From the NCBI GenBank assembly GCA_964373695.1, contig CAYJVT010000001.1:2373-66372 (forward strand): a stretch of 64,000 nt of DNA, written 5' to 3'. The translations under genes and the position numbers were made by a program. The number at the start of each line of letters is the position of its first letter. Within the stretch, counting starts at the first letter, position 1. Below are positions 56,866-64,000 of this stretch, piece by piece. Below the pieces are notes generated by a model that was not told the origin of the DNA, did no database searches, and saw only the letters and a list, made by a program, of their open reading frames with translations. The DNA is from an uncultured archaeon (GTDB taxonomy: Archaea > Aenigmatarchaeota > Aenigmatarchaeia > GW2011-AR5).

Positions 56866-58473
56866 ATGAAGGTTATCATACCGATGGCCGGGAATAACGA
56901 GGACTTCCGCCGGGAAGGGATGGATGAAGTAAAGCACATGATGAATATAGACGGCAAGAGCATGATAGAGCACGTATGCGGCATGTTCCCCCAGAACAGC
57001 AGCTTCATATTTCTCTGCAGGAAGGCGCATCTGGATAATTCAGGCCTTATGGAACATCTCCAGAAAATAGTCAAGAATTCCACGATAATAGTAGTTGAAA
57101 ACGACACGAGAGGGCCGGTGGAAACTGTGTTGCTCGCTGACGGGGCTGTGAGAGATGATGAGGAAGTAATAATAGCCCATTCCGACGCCATATCGGACTG
57201 GGATTTCAGCGTGTTCCTGAAGAAAATAAAGGACAGAAAAGCCGATGGCGCCCTTTCAACGTTCATAGGCTTTCATCCGACACACCTCAACGGGGTGCGT
57301 TATGCCTCCATATCAACAGACGACAACGACTATGTAGTCAGTATAAAGGAAAAGGAGCTCATAACAAAGGGCTACATTGAAAACTACACTTCCGCCGGTG
57401 TGTATTATTTTTCAAGGTGGGATGTGTTCAAGAAATACGCTGAAAGGATGATAGAAAACGTCGAACACGAGATGTTTTACATAAGCCTGGTATACAACGA
57501 GATGTTGAAAGACGGCCTGAAGGTCGTGCCTTTCGAGGCTGAGGGCCTAATTTACTGGGGTGAACCGCAGAATCTGAAGGAGTATGTGTTCTGGTCGGAA
57601 TATTTTGCGTCCCTGACCAAGCAGGGCAAGGAAAGGGGAATGTACGATATGGTAAATCTCATACCTTCCGCAGGCCGCGGAAAGAGATTTGCAGACGCTG
57701 GGTACAAGATTCCCAAGCCGTTCATAGATGTTCTTGGCGAGCATATGATAGTGAAATGTGCAAAATCGCTTCCAAAAACGGCCAGATACGTCTTCGTCTG
57801 CCTAAGGCAGCATGTAGAAAATTTCGGGCTCGACGAAATTCTGAAAAAAAACTTCCCGGAATGCGATATTGTCATAGTAAATGACTATACAGACGGCATG
57901 GCACGCTCGTGTCTCATGGCCAAGCATCTTCTGGACAAGGACAAGCCTGTTTTCGTCTCGTCATGCGACTACAGCTTCGTCTACAACGACGAAAATCTCA
58001 GGAGGCTGATTGAGGACGAGGACCCTGATGCAGTAGTGTGGACATTCAGGGGGTATCCGGATGCCAGAATAGCACCAATGGCATACGCCTACATGGTAGT
58101 GGAGAACGGCCGTGTCAAAAGAATCTCGGAAAAGGTTCCGATAAGCGACGAGCCGCACAAGGATCCAATAGTGCAGGGCATTTTCTACTTCAAGACAGCC
58201 AAGCTTCTGATAGATTGCATAAACGAGATGATAGAAAAAAACATAACCGTCAACGGCGAGTTCTACGTCGGAACCGCCATAAACCATCTCATAGAGAAGG
58301 GTATGAAAGTCATGCCATTTGAGCTGGATAAATACATATGCTGGGGAACGCCGCACGACCTGCTTGTGTTCCAGTTCTGGGAAAACTACTTCATAAATAA
58401 TCCGAATCACCCATATAAAAGGATTGTACCTAAATCGGAATTAAGCCAACTGAAATTGGCTAAGATGTGGTAA
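56866..58473 (+). CDS. Tandem two-domain nucleotidyltransferase (degenerate type A plus intact type B)
   Basis: N domain PMAGNNEDF..WGEPQ; C domain PSAGRGKRFADAGYKIPKPF..NGEFYVG..WGTP. Confidence 0.87.
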   Translation: MKVIIPMAGNNEDFRREGMDEVKHMMNIDGKSMIEHVCGMFPQNSSFIFLCRKAHLDNSGLMEHLQKIVKNSTIIVVENDTRGPVETVLLADGAVRDDEEVIIAHSDAISDWDFSVFLKKIKDRKADGALSTFIGFHPTHLNGVRYASISTDDNDYVVSIKEKELITKGYIENYTSAGVYYFSRWDVFKKYAERMIENVEHEMFYISLVYNEMLKDGLKVVPFEAEGLIYWGEPQNLKEYVFWSEYFASLTKQGKERGMYDMVNLIPSAGRGKRFADAGYKIPKPFIDVLGEHMIVKCAKSLPKTARYVFVCLRQHVENFGLDEILKKNFPECDIVIVNDYTDGMARSCLMAKHLLDKDKPVFVSSCDYSFVYNDENLRRLIEDEDPDAVVWTFRGYPDARIAPMAYAYMVVENGRVKRISEKVPISDEPHKDPIVQGIFYFKTAKLLIDCINEMIEKNITVNGEFYVGTAINHLIEKGMKVMPFELDKYICWGTPHDLLVFQFWENYFINNPNHPYKRIVPKSELSQLKLAKMW

Positions 58474-58475
58474 AA

Positions 58476-59510
58476 ATGAGCTCGATGGATGCTGTCGTTG
58501 TTGAGGGGATAGGGAATATAGAATGCAAGAAAATACCTTTTCCTGAATGCGGCGACAACGACGTCATCATACTTACCGAAAGGTCCGGGATATGCAGCAC
58601 CGACGTCATAAGGTCGATGAAAACCGGATTCTACCGCTACCCAATCGTGCCAGGCCATGAATTCTGCGGGGTTGTGGTCAAGAAAGGGAAGAACGTCGCC
58701 GGCGTTGATATAGAGGATAACGTGGTCGTGTACCCCCTCATACCGTGCAAGAAATGCGTTCCGTGCATGGCAGGACACCACAACCTGTGCGACACGTACG
58801 ATTTTCTGGGCTCGAGATCCAACGGAGGGCACGCCGAATACGTCAAGTGTCCCTCAGAAAACCTGCTGAAAATACCGAAAAACATAAGCTTCGATGAAGC
58901 CTGTATGGCGGAGCCGTCGTCTGTCGGTCTTCATGCCAGCCGAGTTTCCGGAAAGGCTGTGAATGTGGTCGTAATGGGCCTTGGCCCAATAGGCTTCTTT
59001 ACGGCCCAATGGGCAAAGATTCTGGGAGCGAACCATATTTTTGGTGTGGACAGACACGACCAGAGATTCAAAATCTCCAGAAAGGTCGGCATCCACGAAT
59101 TCATAGACTCCAGGGACCAGGAAATTACAAAGGCAATAAAGGAGCTTACGGACGGTCAGGGAGCCGACGTGATATTTGAGTGCTCGGGCTCCATAGACCT
59201 TCAGAGGGAAGCTATCTCATCGGCCGCGAAGCGTGGCAGGATTATTCTCCTTGGAAACCCGACTAACGACCTTGTTTTGAACAAGGAAACTTATTCGATG
59301 GTGCTCAGAAGGGAACTGAGTATAATAGGCTCATGGAGCTCGCTTATCTCGACCGACGAATGGAGCCAGTCCCTGGAGCACATGTCGAGCAAAAAGATAA
59401 ACGCAATGCCGGTGATAACCCATAATTTTCACGTGAGCGAGGCCAAGAACGTCATAGAGGACATGCATCACAAGAGATTCGAGTTCTCCAAAGTGGTCTT
59501 CCGGATGTAG
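58476..59510 (+). CDS. Zn-dependent polyol-phosphate dehydrogenase (galactitol-1-P 5-dehydrogenase-like)
   Basis: GICSTD, PGHEF, CKKCVPC..C, GSRSNGGHAEY, GLGPIG. Confidence 0.88.
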   Translation: MSSMDAVVVEGIGNIECKKIPFPECGDNDVIILTERSGICSTDVIRSMKTGFYRYPIVPGHEFCGVVVKKGKNVAGVDIEDNVVVYPLIPCKKCVPCMAGHHNLCDTYDFLGSRSNGGHAEYVKCPSENLLKIPKNISFDEACMAEPSSVGLHASRVSGKAVNVVVMGLGPIGFFTAQWAKILGANHIFGVDRHDQRFKISRKVGIHEFIDSRDQEITKAIKELTDGQGADVIFECSGSIDLQREAISSAAKRGRIILLGNPTNDLVLNKETYSMVLRRELSIIGSWSSLISTDEWSQSLEHMSSKKINAMPVITHNFHVSEAKNVIEDMHHKRFEFSKVVFRM

Positions 59511-59548
59511 TATGAATTTAAAAGTCATAGCATCAATATTTCTCTTGG

Positions 59549-60241
59549 ATGACAAAGCTTTCCGTTATACTCCCGTGCTACAACGAGGGGGAGAACATAC
59601 CGCTCATTCTTGAGAGATATTCGCAGGTTGCGAAGAGGGTGCCTATGGAGCTCGTCTTGGTCGATAACGGCTCTACGGACGGGACTGAAGGCATCCTCAG
59701 AAAGGAGCTCCCGAAATACAAGTTCGCAAGGTCTGTGAAAGTCGGAAAGAACATAGGGTACGGCTTCGGCATCCTTTCTGGCCTCAGAACCGCCAAGAGC
59801 GGGTATCTGGCGTTCTCCCATGCCGACATGCAGTGCGACCCCAGAGACATAGAGAAGGGGTGGAAAATTCTCATATCATCCGTCTCCCCGGAAAGGACGC
59901 TGGTAAAGGGCAACCGCGAGGGGAGGGCGAACTTCTTCACGTCATGCTTCCATGCGGCATCCTCTGCCGTCCTTATGAAGCATTTCGACGACGTCAACGG
60001 CCAGCCGAAGATATTCCATAAAGACCTTCTGGGAATGATGAAGAAGCCGCCGAACGGGTTTTCTCTGGACCTTTACGTTCAGTACACCGCCCTCAGGAAC
60101 GGATTTGCCGTCAGAAGCTTCCCGGTGAAATTCAAGAGAAGGCTTCATGGGAAGTCCAGCTGGGCGACCGGCATACGCTCAAGAGCGAAGACGATAGCCG
60201 GAATGTCCGCATATATTCTGAAGCTCAGGATGGGGCTTTAG
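59549..60241 (+). CDS. GT2 glycosyltransferase (polyprenyl-phosphate type)
   Basis: LPCYNEG, DNGSTD, NIGYGFG, HADMQ. Confidence 0.88.
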   Translation: MTKLSVILPCYNEGENIPLILERYSQVAKRVPMELVLVDNGSTDGTEGILRKELPKYKFARSVKVGKNIGYGFGILSGLRTAKSGYLAFSHADMQCDPRDIEKGWKILISSVSPERTLVKGNREGRANFFTSCFHAASSAVLMKHFDDVNGQPKIFHKDLLGMMKKPPNGFSLDLYVQYTALRNGFAVRSFPVKFKRRLHGKSSWATGIRSRAKTIAGMSAYILKLRMGL

Positions 60242-60272
60242 CATTTAAGAATCGTGCTAAAATAGTGTCTTT

Positions 60273-60983
60273 ATGTCCAGACCAGAGCTTTCCGTGGTTG
60301 TCCCGTTTTACAACGAGCAGGACAACGCAAAAACAGTTCTATCCGGCCTCGGCAACGCCCTGGATGATATAAATTACGAAATCATAGCCGTCAACAACGG
60401 CTCTACAGACAATACGGCGTCCGTGCTCCGTGAGGTGAAAAACAGCAGAATAATAATCGTGACAGTGGAAAAAAACATCGGATTCGGCTACGGCATCAGA
60501 AAGGGCCTGGAATCGGCGAAAGGCAAATATCTCGGCTACATGTGGGGGGACAACCAGATTTCCGCCGGCGTCGTCGCGGAGATTTACAGGAAGCTCGCCA
60601 AAGAGGGGCTGGATTTGTGCAAGATAAGGCGCGCCGCAAGGGATTACGGATTTTTCAGGAAGCTTGAATCCGCCGCATACAACAGGATATTTCTGGCGCT
60701 GTTTTTTGGGAAGATAAGCAACGACATAAACGGAAGCCCCAAGATAATGAAGAGGGCGCTTTACGAAAGGCTGGGCCTGGAGTCAAACGACTGGTTCATC
60801 GACACGGAACTCATGGTGAAAGTGAAGGTCCTGGGCGGCAGGGTTGGCGAAGTGAAGGCTGCCTACAACAAGAGAAGCAAGGGAAAGTCCAAAGTAAAGT
60901 TCTACGTCATGATGGAATTCCTCTCAAATATCCTCAGATTCAGGTTCAGCGGGCTCAAGAAATTTAAAGACTCCGTAGACTAG
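60273..60983 (+). CDS. GT2 glycosyltransferase, paralog of the upstream gene
   Basis: VPFYNEQ, NNGSTD, NIGFGYG, WGDNQ, NGSPK. Confidence 0.88.
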   Translation: MSRPELSVVVPFYNEQDNAKTVLSGLGNALDDINYEIIAVNNGSTDNTASVLREVKNSRIIIVTVEKNIGFGYGIRKGLESAKGKYLGYMWGDNQISAGVVAEIYRKLAKEGLDLCKIRRAARDYGFFRKLESAAYNRIFLALFFGKISNDINGSPKIMKRALYERLGLESNDWFIDTELMVKVKVLGGRVGEVKAAYNKRSKGKSKVKFYVMMEFLSNILRFRFSGLKKFKDSVD

Positions 60984-60989
60984 TCAAGA

Positions 60990-61925
60990 ATGTCATCGCT
61001 CGGCGGCGCCAGTGTTCTTGTGACAGGTGGCAACGGCTTCATAGGCTCGCACCTCGTGGAAAGACTTGCCGATGAAGGCGCTGCAGTTCACGTTCTTTCC
61101 AGAAGCGACGTTAATATCAGGGGTATGGGAAATGTCATATTCCATAAAGCCGACATCAGGGACTACGGGGCCGTCAAAAACGTCGTAAACGAAGCGGAGC
61201 CAAAAAAAATCTTCCATCTTGCCGCAATGGTCAACCTCAGCAGGGAAATGAAGGACCTGAAGCCTGTGATGGAAACGAAAATAAACGGGACGCTGAACCT
61301 GCTGAATGCTCTTGACGGCATCGATTATGACTGCTTTATCAACACGGGAACGTGTGAGGAATACGGCTCAAACCACCCGCCTTTCAGGGAGGACATGACT
61401 CCAAGGCCCATATCCCACTATTCGGCCGCCAATGCGTCCGTGACTTCCATATGCAGGATGCTGTACGAAACAAACGCTCTGCCGATTCTTACTCTGCGGC
61501 AGTTCACATGCTACGGCCCGGGCCAGAAGCCCAGCATGCTGATACCCTACGTCATAAGCTCCGCGATGACGGGGAATGACATCAGGCTGACGAAGGGGGA
61601 GCAGAAAAGGGATTTCAACTACGTGGATGACGCCGTCGAATCATTCATGAAAGCTTCGGCAGAGAAGCGAGCCATAGGCGAGGTGATAAACATAGGGACC
61701 GGCGAGAGCCGTAGAATAACGGATGTCGTGGCGTCAATACTTTCCATTACAAATAGTTCCGCGAAGCCGCTGTTCGGGGCCATTCCATACAGGAAACCTG
61801 AGATATGGGAAATAAGGGCCGACATCTCAAAGGCGGAGCGCATCCTGGGATGGAGACCTGTAACCGGCATGGAAGACGGGTTGAAAAGGACTGTGGAATG
61901 GTACAGAAAATCTATTTCCTCGTGA
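60990..61925 (+). CDS. NAD-dependent epimerase/reductase (CDP-dideoxyhexose reductase-like) with a YxxxN variant
   Basis: VTGGNGFIGS, GTCEEYG, YSAAN in place of YxxxK, YGPGQ, RDFNYVDD. Confidence 0.85.
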   Translation: MSSLGGASVLVTGGNGFIGSHLVERLADEGAAVHVLSRSDVNIRGMGNVIFHKADIRDYGAVKNVVNEAEPKKIFHLAAMVNLSREMKDLKPVMETKINGTLNLLNALDGIDYDCFINTGTCEEYGSNHPPFREDMTPRPISHYSAANASVTSICRMLYETNALPILTLRQFTCYGPGQKPSMLIPYVISSAMTGNDIRLTKGEQKRDFNYVDDAVESFMKASAEKRAIGEVINIGTGESRRITDVVASILSITNSSAKPLFGAIPYRKPEIWEIRADISKAERILGWRPVTGMEDGLKRTVEWYRKSISS

Positions 61926-63339
61926 GTATATCAAAAGGCCCGACCGAAGCGCTTTTTCGGTATTCGTTCTCCAGATATTCGTATGTTATGGGATTGAAAT
62001 ATCTCGACTGCTGTGTGTTGTCCACCACGACTGTCTTTACGCCGCTTGAGCGTAATATCTCCACAGTCCTTGCCTGCTCAGTGTCGTTCACGTGCTCTTT
62101 GTAAGGATAAAGGTAATACATGCCGGGCGGCGGGTCCCTTTCCGACAGATGGTATATGGTGGGGTTGTATCCGAACACGTAGAGCATCTCCTCCTCTTCC
62201 ATGGTATTTTTCAGGTAAGACGACACGTCCTCCATATGTGTGTAGTAATCCGACGATGCGCTATGCAGCCTGTAGACGCTGTAGGAATTGAGACCAAGTG
62301 AAAGTGCCAGGAGCACGGCTATCGGGAAGACGATGAGTATTTTGGCGTATAAGCTATCAATTTTAGCCGACATCGTCCTCTGAATCATTATCGCAGACAA
62401 GACGGAAAGTGGTATTACCATAAGGCTCATGTACTTGAGAACCGCCACGAACGGATACGACGTTACAGCAAGCAGGATGGCGAAAAACATGTCGCTGCCC
62501 ATGTCCCTTTTCCTGTCCAAAAGGAAAGCTATGAAAAAGGCCGTGGCAAGGAAAAGTACCGGCGACATGACGGAGAGATTATATATGGTCTCCAGTGATG
62601 TGAATTTCGACGGGTCGCTCAGCCAGGTATCATCTTTTCTTATGTTCAGTGCCTCCGCGGTGGTCCAGTTGAGTATCTCGGCGAAGGCTCCTATGAGAAT
62701 GAAATGAGCTGCAACAATGATGAGCGGTATAAGCAGGGAAGCGACTATAAGCACTGCCGGCTTTATTTTGGCGGCTATGTTTTTTCTCTCGGCAGCGAAG
62801 CATATGAAATAAAATAGAATAAGCATCGCTGCCGTCTGTTTTGAAAGCAGGGCCAGCCCGGCAAGCATTCCAGAGGCGGCTATGTATTTTGCTCTTTTCT
62901 CTTTGGTAAAAAAGAACAAGGATGCGGCGGAAAACAGTATCATAAGTCTGTCTCCATTGAGAGCATAACCAAAAAACGAGGGCATCGTGAATATGAAGAG
63001 GAATATTGATGCGGCCGCCAGAGCCGTTCTCTTGCTGTACATCCTTGTAACGATCGTGTATATCATCAAGGAGGCGGCGGCATTCATGGAGATTGCCAGC
63101 ATCCTTATGAGCTGCAGAATCTGGCCTGAATACGCCAGAACGGAAAAGATGTAGTAATTGAGGGGGGGCTTTACGTCCGTCGAATAGTCCTTGTAGGGGG
63201 CGTAACCTTCTAGCATTTTTTCTGAAGTGAAAATATAATTGCTTTCGTCCGGAGTAAACCCTGTATTCAGGTATATCGAGCTGTTTACAAGGATGTATGC
63301 AACAACGACAATCCAAATCTCCTTGCCTCTCAGGTCCAT
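61912..63339 (-). CDS. ArnT/PMT-like GT-C glycosyltransferase
   Basis: TPDESNY, DVKPPL, LSKQTA, multiple TM segments, C-terminal soluble domain. Start MDLRG at 63339. Confidence 0.8.
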   Translation of the reverse strand: MDLRGKEIWIVVVAYILVNSSIYLNTGFTPDESNYIFTSEKMLEGYAPYKDYSTDVKPPLNYYIFSVLAYSGQILQLIRMLAISMNAAASLMIYTIVTRMYSKRTALAAASIFLFIFTMPSFFGYALNGDRLMILFSAASLFFFTKEKRAKYIAASGMLAGLALLSKQTAAMLILFYFICFAAERKNIAAKIKPAVLIVASLLIPLIIVAAHFILIGAFAEILNWTTAEALNIRKDDTWLSDPSKFTSLETIYNLSVMSPVLFLATAFFIAFLLDRKRDMGSDMFFAILLAVTSYPFVAVLKYMSLMVIPLSVLSAIMIQRTMSAKIDSLYAKILIVFPIAVLLALSLGLNSYSVYRLHSASSDYYTHMEDVSSYLKNTMEEEEMLYVFGYNPTIYHLSERDPPPGMYYLYPYKEHVNDTEQARTVEILRSSGVKTVVVDNTQQSRYFNPITYEYLENEYRKSASVGPFDILTRK

Positions 63340-63442
63340 TCTAAAAACTTCATTTTTAATGCTTAAAAATCGCCATCGTTTCATTAGGACATATTTTGAA
63401 CCAATTTTTGTATATTAAAAGGGTTTTTGCGTATCTGATAAA

Positions 63443-64000
63443 ATGGACGTTGTGATACTCTGCGGCGGCCGCGGAACACGGCTTGCTGAAAAGACTTCTG
63501 TGATGCCGAAGCCGCTCGTTCCGATAGGGGAGAAGCCGATAATCTGGCATATAATGAAGCTGTATTTCCACTACGGCTACAAGAGGTTTGTTCTTCCTCT
63601 AGGATATTTGGGACATGAGATAAAGAGGTTCTTCGTCGAATATCCGTGGATAAGCGGGGACTTCGAGCTTAATATGCATTCCGTGTCGGTGCCGAAGCCG
63701 AGGGAAGACTGGTCTGTGGCGCTTGTCGACACCGGTATCGACTCTAAGACGCAGAAAAGGCTGCATCTGGTGAAGGAGCACATAAAAACCGACAGGTTCA
63801 TGCTCACGTACGGGGACGGCGTCGCCGACATAGACATCGGAGACCTTGTAAGAAGGCATGAATACCTGAGGAAAACATATGGCGTCCTGGGCACGGTAAC
63901 TCTCCATACTCCGAAATCAAAGTTCGGCGTGGTCGACATAGAAAAAGACCTTGCCACGGCATTCAGGGAAAAGCCTGATGCCGACAAGTTCGTGAATATA
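63443..64000 (+). CDS. rfbF: Glucose-1-phosphate cytidylyltransferase, partial (runs off the right edge)
   Basis: Manual translation: MDVVILCGGRGTRLAEKT..PKPLVPIGEKPIIWHIMK..LGYLG..VDTG..FMLTYGDGVADIDI. Confidence 0.9.
   Translation, partial: MDVVILCGGRGTRLAEKTSVMPKPLVPIGEKPIIWHIMKLYFHYGYKRFVLPLGYLGHEIKRFFVEYPWISGDFELNMHSVSVPKPREDWSVALVDTGIDSKTQKRLHLVKEHIKTDRFMLTYGDGVADIDIGDLVRRHEYLRKTYGVLGTVTLHTPKSKFGVVDIEKDLATAFREKPDADKFVNI

Overview
Archaeal chromosomal segment, probably from a DPANN-type lineage (inferred from RadB, archaeal PolB/Lhr/MetAP2/TyrRS, TATA boxes about 22-30 nt before start codons, and compact genes). The left part (1-26 kb) holds housekeeping genes: a truncated Ig-repeat surface glycoprotein, lhr, polB, map, a probably inactive GATase, cdc48 with three inteins, radB, topA with one intein, serS, an alkyltransferase, tyrS, a beta-CASP RNase and rtcA. 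The right part (26-64 kb) is a large surface-glycan locus. It contains heptose genes (gmhA/hddA/hddC-like), GT4/GT2/GT-C transferases, a flippase, a carbamoyltransferase, two B12 radical-SAM enzymes and a partial rfbF. It also contains an unusual 46-59.5 kb module: four NTP-transferase domains, a GtrA-GT-C-kinase fusion, a class II aldolase, HAD, TIM-barrel epimerases, PHI and two polyol dehydrogenases. The most striking unexplained signals are (i) a non-coding hairpin-module family with three compensatory base changes, seen at 6192-6473 (overlapping the polB stop) and 31662-31724 (hiding the SD and TTG start of an epimerase behind an 18-codon uORF), and (ii) the putative novel ketose/polyol-phosphate activation and transfer pathway. 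No tRNA, rRNA or CRISPR array was seen.
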